The notes beneath the pieces were generated by a model, which was not told the origin of the DNA, ran no database searches, and worked only from the letters and a program-made list of their open reading frames with translations. 60,000 bases of DNA from Squalus acanthias (Eukaryota), in the NCBI GenBank assembly GCA_030390025.1, contig CM059438.1, forward strand, positions 54,066,001 to 54,126,000, in the 5' to 3' direction. Below, piece by piece: positions 25,735 to 38,327 of this stretch (the first letter of the stretch is position 1; each line of letters opens with the position of its first letter). The position numbers and the translations under genes were made by a program.

Positions 25735-26085
25735 CATAGAAATTTACAGCATAGAAGGAGGCCATTCGGCCCATCTTGTCCGTGCTCGGCCGACAAAGAG
25801 CTATCCAGCCTAATCCCACTTTCCAGCACTTGGTCCGTAGCCTTGTAGGCTACAGCACTCCAAGTGCATATCCAAGTACTTTTTAAATGTGGTGAGGGTC
25901 TCTGCCTCTACCACCCTTTCAGGCAGCGAGTTCCAGACCCCCACCACCCTCTGGGTGAAAAAAGTTCTCCTCAACTTCCCTCTAAACCTCTGACCAATTA
26001 CTTTAAATCTATGCCCCCTGGTTATTGACCTCTCTGAAATCCACTCTATCTAGGCCCCTTATAATTTTATGCACCTCAATTAGGT
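25735..26085 (-). mobile_element. CR1 3' end fragment
   Basis: Reverse-strand CR1 3'UTR and FFTQRVVGVWNSLP region. Confidence 0.8.
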
Positions 26086-26174
26086 CCACAGTATAAAGTA
26101 AAATGCATGTTCCGAATCTGAAGAGAAAAAGGTTCCAATGGGGGCGATAGTATGCTGACCCCCTGCACCACCAG

Positions 26175-26945
26175 CACTGTTAATCCGGTGCTGTAGCCTG
26201 TACGGTTCTGGCCCTGTTAATCCAGTACGGTTCTGGCCCTGTTAATCCAGTACGGTTCTGGCCCTGTTAATCCAGTACGGTTCTGGCCCTGTTAATCCAG
26301 TACGGTTCTGGCCCTGTTAATCCAGTACGGTTCTGGCCCTGTTAATCCAGTACGGTTCTGGCCCTGTTAATCCAGTACGGTTCTGGCCCTGTTAATCCAG
26401 TACGGTTCTGGCCCTGTTAATCCAGTACGGTTCTGGCCCTGTTAATCCAGTACGGTTCTGGCCCTGTTAATCCGGTACGGTTCTGGCCCTGTTAATCCGG
26501 TGCGGTTCTGGCCCTGTTAATCCGGTGCGGTTCTGGCCCTGTTAATCCGGTGCGGTTCTGGCCCTGTTAATCCGGTGCGGTTCTGGCCCTGTTAATCCGG
26601 TGCGGTTCTGGCCCTGTTAATCCGGTGCGGTTCTGGCCCTGTTAATCCAGTATGGTTCTGGCCCTGTTAATCCAGTGCTGTAGCCTATACGGTTCTGGCC
26701 CTGTTAATCCAGTACGGTTCTGGCCCTGTTAATCTGGTGCTGTAGCCTATACGGTTCTGGCCCTGTTAATCCAGTACAGTTCTGGCCCTGTTAATCCAGT
26801 ACGGTTCTGGCCCTGTTAATCCAGTACGGTTCTGGCCCTGTTAATCCGGTGCTGTAGCCTGTTCGGTTCTGGCCCTGTTAATCCAGTACGGTTCTGGCCC
26901 TGTTAATCCGGTACTATAGCCTGTATGATTCTGGCCCCTGCTAAC
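26175..26945 (+). repeat. 25-bp minisatellite (TACGGTTCTGGCCCTGTTAATCCAG), roughly 27 copies, abutting the exon 3 acceptor
   Basis: Tandem units with CCAGTA/CCGGTG variants and occasional GCTGTAGCCT-containing longer units. Confidence 0.95.
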
Positions 26946-26966
26946 TGCTTCTGCTTTGTATTGCAG

Positions 26967-27062
26967 ATGGGCTCTATGGTATTTTAAAAATGACAAGACC
27001 AAAGGTTGGACAGAGAACTTGCGACTTATTGCTAAATTTGATACTGTTGAAGACTTTTGGGC
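26967..27062 (+). CDS. eif4e1c: eIF4E-1C exon 3 (WALWYFKNDKTKGWTENLRLIAKFDTVEDFWA)
   Basis: TTGCAG acceptor, GTAAGT donor, 96 nt; contains equivalents of W43/W46/W56/W73; WTENLRL is 1C-type. Confidence 0.98.
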
Positions 27063-27929
27063 GTAAGTATGATTTGCGTTACAAAGTCCAAAATGTGTGG
27101 GTGGCTTGTTTTCACCTCTGCAGAAAGTAAGTTAGGCAGATGAATACAAAACTGCAGGCTGTTTATTGGGTGAGGACATTAATGGTCACATGTAAAGCTA
27201 CTGCATGGCTCCCGGCCCCCGTTGATTCTACCCCGCCAAGAGTCAGAACTTTCGGGGGCAGGGGGGATTGGAAGAACCGGGACAAAATGTCTGCACCATG
27301 ACACAAGGCAACTCGCACAAGGGAGGAGAGGGATCTGGAGTGTGAGCTGTTCAGTATACTGGGGCCATCCTGTCAACCCACTTATTCATGATTTAGTTTG
27401 AAAAAAATCAGGGGTTTATAGGAAGTTCTGCCTGTCTCTCATATAAATTCTTTTCTCAGTACAACGTTCATACTAGAACTTGAGATTTTAAGGAAATATT
27501 TACTTTGTACACCCTATGCATGGTGTACCTGAATTCTACTTTAAGGTTAACAGAGAGTAGAACTTCTAAATTGGAAGAGGGCTAACTTCAATGGGTGAGA
27601 GGGGATCTAGCCAGGGTAAAATGGAACCAAAGATTGACAGGAAAAACTGTAACGGAACAATGAGTGATCTTTAAGGAGGAGATGTTTCAGGTACAGGCTA
27701 GGTACATTCCAACAAGAGGGAAAGGTAGGGGAGCCAAAGCCAGGGCTCCTTGGATGACAAGCCTGGGACTTGGATCCGTATGATTAAGTAGCCCACTGGC
27801 TAAGGCCTATCCCAGGGAGCTGAGAGGGAGCACCATGCAATCTACATTTGTCCTTTTTTGCCATTACGGCAACTGTTTTCTCCTTCCTGTTGCTTAAATT
27901 GCTCGGTTTATGTTAAGGTGGCCACTGAT

Positions 27930-28575
27930 GGGCTGAGGAAGTTAAAGGGAGACAGAGTGAATAAGGTCCAGGCCCAGATGGACTTCTTACAAGGGTACTT
28001 AAAGGAGTTGCCAGTGAAATTGGGCATGTCACTGCCACTATCCTTGGGGAACAGGATTAGTGCCTCAGGATTGGTAACCTCAATCCTTAATCAGGGACAA
28101 AGCTACAAACCAGAGAACTACAGTCCAATGAGCTCACACAATCTGTTGTGGGGAAAGTATTAGAGAGCATCCTGTTGGGGATGGTATAAGGGGATAATAA
28201 ACTGGGTAGGTTGGAAGATGGAGTGATGAGTGGCAAATGGTGTTTAATATGGAGAAGTACATGGTGGTGGGCTGAGGGAAGGGAAACACGCTGAGGATTT
28301 AAAGTAAATGACTTTAGGCTAAGGGGCACAGCACAGGATAGGGTCGTGGGGGAATTGGTGGTTGACTCATTGAAACCACTCGTGCAGTGTGTGGCAGCCA
28401 TGAGGAAAGCTAACAGGATCCTGGGATGTATAGTCAGAGGGGTAGAGCACAAATCCCAGGAGAGGATAATCAGTCTGTACAAGTACTGGTACCCCACATC
28501 TGGAGCACTAGATACAGTTCAGGGCACTGGTACCCCACACCTGGAGCACTGGGTACAATTCAGGGCACTGGGACC
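27930..28575 (+). mobile_element. Old decayed CR1 fragments
   Basis: Peptides KANRILGCIVRGVEHKSQE and PHLEHWVQF. Confidence 0.65.
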
Positions 28576-28649
28576 AATGTCCTCACGAGGAGGATCACTA
28601 GTGTGGTTGGGGAGGGTTTAAATGAAATTGGCAGGGTGGTGGGCACCAG

Positions 28650-31600
28650 CACATAGAAGTAGAAAAGAGGAATGAGGTGCATAAACGAGTGGGATAGTAC
28701 GAGAGAAGGAAGTAGCACCATATTAGATGGGAGCAGACTAAGAAGGACTACAAGGAATACAAAGACCGGTTTGGAATGCATGTTTGTAAACGCACTAATT
28801 GTGGTGAATAAGGTTGGTGAGCTACAAGCACAATTAGCCGTGTAGGAATATGATGTTGTGGCAATAACGGAAACGTGTCTTCGAAATGGTGAGGACTGGG
28901 TGCTTAATATTCACGGATACAAGGTGTTCAGAAAAGATAGGGAAGGAAAAAGTGGTGGTGGCAGTACTGATTAGGGAAGACATTGTAGTATTTGAAAGAA
29001 AGGATGTCCTTGAGGGGACAAGGACAGAATCCATTTGGTTAGAGTTGAGGAGCAAAAAGGGTATGATCACGCTATTGGGGGTATTCTGTAGGCCTCCAAA
29101 TAGTGAGAGGGAGATAGAGGAGCAAATCTGCAGGGAAATCACAGAGATGTGCAAGAGTTATAGAGTGGTGATATTGGGGGACTTTAATTACCCAAATATT
29201 GATTGGGATAATGCTAGGGTAAAGGGAAGGGAGGAGGAGGAATTTCTGAAATGTGTTCAGGAGAATTTCCTTGACCAGTATGTTCTCGGCCCAACTAGGA
29301 AGGAGGCATTGCTGGTGCTGGGGAATGAGATGGGCCAAGTGTCTGTGGGAGAACACTTGGGTAAGAGTGATCATCGTATCATAAGGTTTGGATTAGTAAT
29401 GGAGAAGCGCAAGGAACAATCTAAAGTAGAACTTCTAAATTGGAAGAGGGCTAACTTCAGTGGGATGAGAGGGGATCTAGCCAGGGTAAAATGGAACCAA
29501 AGATTGACAGGAAAAACTGTAACGGAACAATGAGTGATCTTTAAGGAGGAGATGTTTCAGGTACAGGCTAGGTACATTCCAACAAGAGGGAAAGGTAGGG
29601 GAGCCAAAGCCAGGGCTCCTTGGATGACATGGGAGATAGAGAATATGATGAAACAAGAAGAGGGTGTATGATGCATGTCAGGTGAATTCTTCAAGTGAGA
29701 ACCAGGCCAAATACAATAAGTTGAGAGGGGAAGTGAAGAGGAAAATAAGACTGGCAAAGAGAGAATATGAGAGTAGAATGGCAGTTAACATAAAAGGGAA
29801 CCCAAAAATCTTCTACTGGCATGTAAACAGTAAGCGGGTAGTAAGAGGTGGGGTGGGGCCTATTAGGGACAAAGAAGGCGATAGATGCTTAGAGGCACAG
29901 GGCAAGGCTAGAATACTCAGAGTACTTTGTATCGGTGTTTACTAAGGAAGAGGATGCTGACAAAATATCGGTAGAAGCGGAGATGGTAGCAATTGATAGG
30001 CAGGATGTACTTGAAAGGCTGGGTATGCTTAGAGTGGATAGGTCGCCCAGGTTGCTAAGGGAAGTGGGGGTGGAGTTAGCGGAAGGGCTTGCCATAATCT
30101 TCCAATCTTCCCTAGATACGGGGAGGTGCCATAGGATTGGAAAGTGGCAAATGTGACCCCTTGTTGTCAAGAAAGGTTATTTTTTATTTATTCGTTCGTG
30201 GGATGTGGGCATCACTGGCCAGGCCAACATTCATTGCCCATCCCTAATTGCCCTTGAGAAGGTGGCGGTGAGCCACCGCCTTGAACCGCTGCAGTCCATG
30301 AAGGTACTCCCACAGTGCTGACTTTGTCGTAGCGGTTTTTAATACAACTGAGTGGTTTGCTCGGCCATTTCAGAGGGCAGTTAAGAGTCAACCACATTGC
30401 TGTTGGTCTGGAATCACATATAGGCCAGACCGGGTAAGGACGGCAGATTTCCTTCCCTATAGGACATTTACGACAATCCGGTAGTTTCATGGTCACCATT
30501 ACTGATACTAGCTTTCTAATTAACTGAATTTAAATTCCCCAGCTGCTGTGGTGGGATTTGAACTCACATCTCCGGATCATTAGTCCAGGCCTCTGGATTA
30601 CTAGTCCAGTAACATAACCACTATGCTACCGTACCAAGAAAGGGTGTAAGGACAATCCTAGTAACTACAGGCCGGTCAGTTTAACATCAATGGTGGGTAA
30701 GGTTGTAGAAACAATAATCAGGGAAAAAATTAACGGGCACTTGAAGAGGTTTAAGCTAATTACGGAGAGCCAACACAGATTTGTAAAAGGCAGATCGTGT
30801 TTGACTAATCTAATTGAATTTTTTGATGAAGTAACAGGGAGGATTGATGAAGGGAATGCAGTGGATGTTGTCTACATGGATTTTAAGAAAGCGTTTGACA
30901 AAGTACCACATAGAAGGCTAGTTTACAAAATTGAGGCTCATGGAATAGGAGGGTCAGTGTCAACTTGGATAAGAAATTGGCTTAAGGACAGAAAACAGCG
31001 AGTTGTGGTAAATGGTTGTTTTTCAGACTGGAGGATGGTAGACAGTGGTGTTCCCCAAGGGTCAGTTCTGGGGCCACTGCTTTTTTTGATATCTACAAAT
31101 GACTTGGATATTGGAATACAGAGTAAAATTTCAAAATTTGCCGATGATACCAAACTTGGCGCTGTGGCAAACAGTGAGGAGGATACCAAGCGACTGCAAC
31201 AGGACATAGAAAGGCTAGCAGAATGGGCAGACAAGTGGCAGATGGAATTTAATACAGAGAAGTGTGAGGTGATGCGTTTTGACAGAAGGGATAGGGAGAG
31301 GCAATATAGACTTAATGGCACAGTTCTAAAGAGTGTGCAGGGACAGAGGGACCTGGGGGTTCATGTGCATAGAACTTTGAAGGTGGCGGGACATATTGAG
31401 AGAATAGTTAGCAATGTATATGGGATCTTGGGCTTCATAAATAGCGGTATTGAGTACAAAAGCAGGAGGTTATGCTGAACCTTTATAAAGCTCTGGTTAG
31501 GCCACAACTAGAGTATTGCGTCCAGTTCTGGTCACCAAACTTTAGGAAGGATGTGAAAGTCCTTGAGAGGGTGCAGAGGAAATTTATCAGAATGGTTCCA

Positions 31601-32050
31601 GGGATGAGGGATTTTAGCTACAAGGTTAGGTTGGAGAAGCTGGGGTTGTTCTCCTTGGAGTAAAGGAGTTTGAGGGGAGATTTGATAGAGGTGTACAAGA
31701 TTATGACGGGTTTGGATAGGGTAGACAGAGAAAGGCTGTTCCCACTAGTTGATGGTACGAGGACTAGGGGCCACAGATTTAAGGTTTCGGGCAAGAGATA
31801 CCGGGGGGGATGTGAGGAAGAACTTTTTTACGCAGCACGTGGTAGTGACTTGGAACTCGCTGCCGACGCGGGTGGTGGAAGCGGAGACGATCAATGATTT
31901 CAAAAGGAAATTGGATAGGCAATTGAGGGAAATAAATTTGCAGGGCTATGGGGATAGAGCGGGGGAATGGGACTGACTGGATTGGTCTACAGAGAGCTGG
32001 CATGGACTCGATGGGCTGAATGGCATCCTTCTGTGCCTCTATGACTCTAT
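28650..32050 (+). mobile_element. CR1 LINE ORF2 (APE and RT) with frameshifts, plus 3'UTR
   Basis: ORFs 28886..29533 (APE: ILGDFNYP, SDH) and 30690..31478 (RT); tail at ~32040. Confidence 0.93.
30177..30634 (-). mobile_element. tRNA-derived SINE (same family as 6682-7140) inserted in CR1
   Basis: 9-bp TSD CAAGAAAGG (30168-30176, 30635-30643); homologous head, body and tail. Confidence 0.9.
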
Positions 32051-32528
32051 GGTACCCCCACACCTGGAGCACTGAGCACTGATACCCCACACCTGGAGTA
32101 CTGGGTACAGTTCTGGGCACTGGATCCCCCACACCTGGAGTACTGGGTACAGTTCTGGGCACTGGTACCCACACCTGGAGTACTGGGTACAGTTCTGGGC
32201 ACTGGTACCCACACCTGGAGTACTGGGTACAGTTCTGGGCACTGGTACCCACACCTGGAGTACTGGGTACAGTTCTGGGCACTGGTACCCACACCTGGAG
32301 TACTGGGTACAGTACTGGGTACAGTTCTGGGCACTGGTACCCCCACACCTGGAGTACTGGGTACAGTACTGGGTACAGTTCTGGGCACTGGTACCCCCAC
32401 ACCTGGAGTACTGGGTACAGTTCTGGGCACTGGTACCCCCACACCTGGAGTACTGGGTACAGTACTGGGTACAGTTCTGGGCACTGGTACCCCCACACCT
32501 GGAGTACTGGGTACAGCTCTGGGCACTG
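32050..32528 (+). repeat. ~40-bp minisatellite derived from CR1 coding sequence (ACTGGTACCCACACCTGGAGTACTGGGTACAGTTCTGGGC)
   Basis: About 10 tandem units; unit matches the CR1 segment encoding PHLEYCVQFWA. Confidence 0.9.
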
Positions 32529-32583
32529 TTGTTGTTAGAACATCTGAAAATGTCTAAATGTGCTTTTGTTTCCTTTTCTATAG

Positions 32584-32647
32584 GTTATATAATCATATAC
32601 AGCAACCTAGTAAACTTCTGTTCGGGTGTGACTATTGTTTGTTTAAG
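32584..32647 (+). CDS. eif4e1c: eIF4E-1C exon 4 (LYNHIQQPSKLLFGCDYCLFK)
   Basis: CTATAG acceptor, GTAAGA donor, 64 nt; QQPSKL.FGCDYCLFK is characteristic of Eif4e1c. Confidence 0.98.
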
Positions 32648-33042
32648 GTAAGAGCTTTTTATAGAGTTTGACAGCAAAAACAATGTTTTGTGCTACTTAA
32701 GACAAGATACAACAGCGGATTCATTTCCTGCATTCTGGATTGTTGGGATCAAATTCACTTTCTGGAGACTAAAGGGAGGCAAACCAAATGGGATCAGATT
32801 TATTGACAAAATTAGAAGCAAATTCACTTTAACTTGGTGTGCACTCACAGTATCAGTTCCTGAGCGCACTGAGTTCAATTGAAATTCAACACAGGGAACA
32901 GAGTCCTGAGCAGCTCCCGCCTCATTCAACGTGGGCCGGTGATCAAACCAAGAACCTTGTGCTCGATATGTCTCAGTGGGTGTGACAGTTATGGGGTGCC
33001 TCCTGGAGTTGGTTGTTGCTATGGCAAGCCTGTCTCTCTCTC

Positions 33043-34246
33043 CAGCTCACCGTGCCAAACACTGGGCACAGCTCACCGTGCCAAACTCTGGGCTCAGCTC
33101 ACCGTGCCAAACACTGGGCTCAGCTCACCGTGCCAAACACTGGGCTCTGCTCACCGTGCCAAACACTCGGCTCTGCTCACCGTGCCAAACACCGGGCTCA
33201 GCTCACCGTGCCAAACACTAGGCTCAGCTCACTGTGCCAAACACTGGGCTCAGCTCACTGTGCCAAACACTGGGCTCAGCTCACCGTGCCAAACACTGGG
33301 CTCAGCTCACCGTGCCAAACACTGGGCACAGCTCACCGTGCCAAACACTGGGCTCAGCTCACCGTGCCAAACACCGGGCTCAGCTCACCGTGCCAAACAC
33401 CGGGCTCAGCTCACCGTGCCAAACACTGGGCACAGCTCACCGTGCCAAACACTAGGCTCAGCTCACCGTGCCAAACACTAGGCTCAGTTCACCGTGCCAA
33501 ACACCCGGCTCAGCTCACCGTGCCAAACACTAGGCTCAGCTCACCGTGCCAAACACCGGGCTCAGCTCACCGTGCCAAACACTGGGCTCAGCTCACCGTG
33601 CCAAACACCGGGCTCAGCTCACCGTGCCAAACACTGGGCTCAGCTCACCGTGCCAAACACCGGGCTCAGCTCACCGTGCCAAACACTGGGCTCAGCTCAC
33701 CGTGCCAAACACCCGGCTCAGCTCACCGTGCCAAACACCCGGCTCAGCTCACCGTGCCAAACACCGGGCGCAGCTCACCGTGCCAAACACCGGGCGCAGC
33801 TCACCGTGCCAAACACCGGGCGCAGCTCACCGTGCCAAACACCGGGCGCAGCTCACCGTGCCAAACACCGGGCGCAGCTCACCGTGCCAAACACCGGGCG
33901 CAGCTCACCGTGCCAAACACCGGGCGCAGCTCACCGTGCCAAACACCGGGCGCAGCTCACCGTGCCAAACACCGGGCGCAGCTCACCGTGCCAAACACCG
34001 GGCGCAGCTCACCGTGCCAAACACCGGGCGCAGCTCACCGTGCCAAACACCGGGCGCAGCTCACCGTGCCAAACACCGGGCGCAGCTCACCGTGCCAAAC
34101 ACCGGGCGCAGCTCACCGTGCCAAACACCGGGCGCAGCTCACCGTGCCAAACACCGGGCGCAGCTCACCGTGCCAAACACCGGGCGCAGCTCACCGTGCC
34201 AAACACCGGGCGCAGCTCACCGTGCCAAACACCGGGCGCAGCTCAG
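33043..34246 (+). repeat. 26-bp minisatellite (CAGCTCACCGTGCCAAACACCGGGCG), ~46 copies
   Basis: Tandem units without stops in some frames, which explains the repetitive ORFs. Confidence 0.97.
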
Positions 34247-34869
34247 TGAGGTGCAATTGTGTGGCAGCCAGAGTAGGGCCCGCCCTCCATATGAAGGCAG
34301 ATCACACTCCTCAAGGATGAGAGGAAATTGACTGTACAGTGACCAACATGTGGGACAGGAAATTTTTTAATGCATTTTTAACTAGTCAGCCACATTGGTG
34401 TGCGACTGCAGTCTTGTTTAAACCAGACTGGGTAAGGACAGCAGGTTCCCTTCCTGTAACATAACCACTATGTTACTCTTCTCCATACCCCACATCTTGG
34501 ATGATAAAGGAGATTTTTTGTTTAAAATCGATCGTTCTGTTTGAATTGCAGTTTTTCCTGAATGGGAATGGCTACTTATGAGTGCTATATTGTGCATTAC
34601 TCAGGGATGGCATTGGATTCTGTAAGAATCTTAAAATCAGAAATACAGTAAAGTTTGCATTGCTTTTTTGGCTTCTAACACTCATTTGAAAGGTTTTGGT
34701 TAATTCTGTAACAGGATTACAAAATAGCTGACTTAGTGGCAAGAAATTTAAGTTACTCATTGGTTTAAATGATGTGATTAATGAAACGTGGGGCAGTGAA
34801 ATTGCCAGTTGGACTTGTTGCTACTCCGGATGAATAGTTTGTGTTGTGAGTGGGCCGGAGCGCTCAGGC

Positions 34870-35740
34870 AGTGGTGGGGGGAGGGGGGGAGGTCCTGTGG
34901 TGTGGGGGCGGAGGGGGAAGGGGAGGTCCTGTGGTGTGGGGGGGGGGAGGAGGGGAGGTCCTGTGGTGTGGGGGGGGGGGAGGGGAGGTCCTGTGGGGGG
35001 GGGGGGGGAGGGAGGTCCTGTGGTGGGGGGGGGGTCCTGTGGTGGTGGGGGGGAGGGGAGGTCCTGTGGTGTGGTGGTGGGGGGAGGGGAGGTCCTGTGG
35101 TGGGGGGGGGGGTCCTGTGGTGGTGGGGGGGGAGGGAGGTCCTGTGGTGGGGGGAGGGGAGGTCCTGTGGTGGGGGGGGGGGAGGGGAGGTCCTGTGGTG
35201 TGTTGGGGGGGGGGGGGGGGAGGGGAGGTCCTGTGGTGTGGGGGGGGGGAGGGGAGGTCCTGTGGTGTGGGGGGGGGGGGAGGTCCGGTGGGGGGGGGGA
35301 GGTCCTGTGGTGTGGTGGGCGGGGGGAGGGGAGGTCCTGTGGTGTGGTGGGGGGGGGAGGTCCTGTGGGGGGGGGAAGGGGAGGTCCTGTGGGGGGGGGG
35401 GAGGGGAGGTCCGGTGGGGGGGGGGGAGGTCCTGTGGTGTGGTGGGCGGGGGGAGGGGAGGTCCTGTGGTGGGGGGGGGGGGAGGGGGAGGGAGGTCCTG
35501 TGGCGGGGGGGGGGGGGGGGGGAGGGGAGGTCCTGTGGTGGGGGGGGGAGGGGAGGTCCTGTGGCGGGGGGGGGGGGGAGGGGAGGTCCTGTGGTGGTGG
35601 GGGGGGGGGGGAGGGGAGGTCCTGTGGAGGGGGGGGGCGGGGGGGAGGGGAGGTCCTGTGGTGGGGGGGGGGAGGGGAGGTCCTGTGGTGGGGGGGAGGG
35701 GGAGGGGAGGTCCTGTGGTGGTGGGCGGGGTGGGGGGTGA
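34870..35740 (+). repeat. G-rich minisatellite (GGGGAGGTCCTGTGGTG-Gn)
   Basis: Tandem units with variable G runs. Confidence 0.95.
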
Positions 35741-35862
35741 GGAGGCGAGGCCTTGAACTGGGGATGGGGCCGTGTTTCCTTTCAGGCTTCCTGACAATGC
35801 TCAGTATTGTCGGTGAAATCGTACTAACAGCTCTTTATGATGTGGTGACTTTATTTTAACAG

Positions 35863-35976
35863 GATGGTATTAAACCGATGTGGGAAGATGATCAAAATAA
35901 AAAAGGAGGAAGGTGGCTAATGACACTTAACAAGCAACAGAGGCACAATGACCTGGACCGATACTGGCTAGAAACG
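35863..35976 (+). CDS. eif4e1c: eIF4E-1C exon 5 (DGIKPMWEDDQNKKGGRWLMTLNKQQRHNDLDRYWLET)
   Basis: TTAACAG acceptor, GTAACT donor, 114 nt; cap-binding PMWED motif (W102/E103 equivalents). Confidence 0.98.
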
Positions 35977-36119
35977 GTAACTGTAGCACTCTTGGCATCC
36001 CTTGTACAGTCCTGAATTCTGAGCTCTGCTGTAGTGTGGCTTTTGTTCTTGACTTTAACAAGCCCATCTATCTTGGTACTGGAATAAAATGAACCGGTCA
36101 GCTATGCAGTTTACTTGTG

Positions 36120-37300
36120 ACATAAAATTTTACAGCACAGAAACAGATCAATTGGCCCAACTGGCCTATGCTGGTGTTTATGCTCCACACCAGCCTCCAC
36201 CCACCCCTCTTCAGCTCGTCCTATCAGCATACCCTTCTATTCCTTTCTCCCTCGTGTTCATCTAGCTTCCCCTTAAATGTACCTATGCTATTTGTCTCAG
36301 CCACTCCCTGTGGTAGCGAGTTCCACATTCTCACCGCTCTCTGGGTAAAGAAGTTTCTTCTGAATTCCCTATTGAACTTATTAGTGACTCTCTTATATTT
36401 ATGGCCTCTAGTTCTGGTCTCCCCCACAAGTGGAAACATCTCCTCTACGTCTACCCTATCAAACCCTTTCATAATCTTAAAGTCCTCTATCAGGTCACCC
36501 TTCAACCTTCTTGTTTTTAGGGAAAAGAACCCTTGTTCAGCCTTTTCTGATAAATATTACTTCTCGTAATATTCTAGTAAATCTTTTTTGTACCTTCTCC
36601 AGTGGCTCTATATCCCTTTTATAATATAGAGACCAGAACGGTTCACAATACTCTAACCAAGGTTATGTACAAGTTGAACATAACTTCGCTGCTTTTCAAT
36701 TCTATCCCTCGAGAAATGAGCCCCAGCGCTTTTTGCTTTTTTTTTATGGCTTTATTAACCTGCGTCGCTACTTTTAGTGATTTGTGTATCAGCACCCCCA
36801 GATCTCTTTGCTCGTCTACCCCATTTAGACTTTATGTCCACGGAGTATGTGGCCTCCTTACATTTTCCAAGGAGTATGTGGCCTCCTTATTCCTCCTACC
36901 AAAATGTAACACCTCACACTTATCTATATTGAAATTCATTTGCCAATTATACGCCCATTCTGCATGTTTATTAATGTCGTCTTGTATTTTGTCGCAGTCC
37001 TCCTCTGTATTAACTATACCCTCCAATTTGGTGCCGTCCACAAATTTTGGAATTGTATTTCCGATTCCCGAGTCCAAATATATTACATCTACTACGTTAC
37101 CCTTGTCTACACTTTCTATTGCTTCTTTAAAGAGTTCAATAGGGTTGGTCAAGCATGACCTTCCCTTCAGAAATCAGTGCAAAATATTCTTTATTATGTT
37201 TTCGGTTTCTGAAAGTTTTTCTATTACATCTTTGAGTAAAGATTCCTACCACCGTTGTTAAGCTGGACTTGTTCTATTTCCCTTATATATAGGAATAAAG
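36120..37300 (-). mobile_element. Decayed CR1 LINE with internal deletions
   Basis: Minus-strand ORFs 36224..36505 and 36832..37152 with RT motifs. Confidence 0.85.
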
Positions 37301-37669
37301 TTAGTTGAGATACAAAGGCTTCTCTATTAAATATATGAAATTGCATGGTTGAAAATGAATCTAATCCACTAAACGTCTGTGAGTGACTTACTGTTACCAA
37401 GCAGTACTGAGGCCAACTGTATAAAGTTAAGGTTGGGGGAACTCTACGTTAGTCCTTTCACTTGACAAATCGAATCCAACACTGAAATGGGCGAAGGTCT
37501 CTCGTCTGGCTGAAAGGAGCCTGAGTAACTGGTTTTGGATAGTCTCAACTGAAACCCTCGTGCTGTGACCTGCAGCCACAGTGTTGCCCTACCATTTGTC
37601 AACATTAGCAATCTCTGATCTCATGGATGATCGGTGTGAGAAGGGTTGGCACTTGAATGCTGTTCTTTA

Positions 37670-38136
37670 GTGTTTTATGGGACAGTGTAGAGGGAGCTTT
37701 ACTCTGTAGCTAACTGTTCTGTACCTGTCCTGTGAGTGTTTGATGGGACAGTGTAGAGGGAGCTTTACTCTGTATCTAACTGTGCTGTACCTGCCCTGGG
37801 AGTGTTTGATGGGACAGTGTAGAGGGAGCTTTACTCTGTATCTAACCCGTGCTATACCTGCCCTGGGAGCATTTGATGGGTCAGTGTAGAGGGAGCTTTA
37901 CTCTGTATCTAACCCGTGCTGTACCTGCCCTGGGAGTGTTTGATGGGACAGTGTAGCGGGAGCTTTACTCTGTATCTAACCCGTGCTGTACCTGCCCTGG
38001 GAGTGTTTGATGGGTCAGTGTAGAGGGAGCTTTACTCCGTATCTAACCCGTGCTGTACCTGCCCTGGGAGTGTTTGATGGGACAGTGTAGAGGGAGCTTT
38101 ACTCTGTATCTAACCCCGTGCTGTACCTGCCTTGGG
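37670..38136 (+). repeat. 66-67-bp tandem repeat, 7 copies (GGGACAGTGTAGAGGGAGCTTTACTCTGTATCTAACCCGTGCTGTACCTGCCCTGGGAGTGTTTGAT)
   Basis: Unit starts at 37679, 37745, 37811, 37878, 37945, 38012 and 38079. Confidence 0.95.
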
Positions 38137-38327
38137 TATTCCATTGTACACCATTAACACTCTTTACTATGGCAAAAAAAATTTCAAGACTTTTTACATT
38201 GCTAGTGGCCAAGATATCTGCAGCACGTTTATGGCCTATTGGAGTGTTTATATAACGGTCTTGATCCACGAAGACAATTCGGTGTAGTGTTTAAATGTCC
38301 TTTCCTTGTTCCTGTCCCATGCACTAG

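Noticed and set aside
26175..34246. Regular 25-40 bp repeats as CRISPR arrays
   Set aside because: Head-to-tail units with no unique spacers, no cas genes, and a vertebrate intronic context
32879..34331. Repetitive ORFs of up to 435 aa (AHRAKH/QLTVPNTG)
   Set aside because: Product of the 26-bp minisatellite cycling through frames
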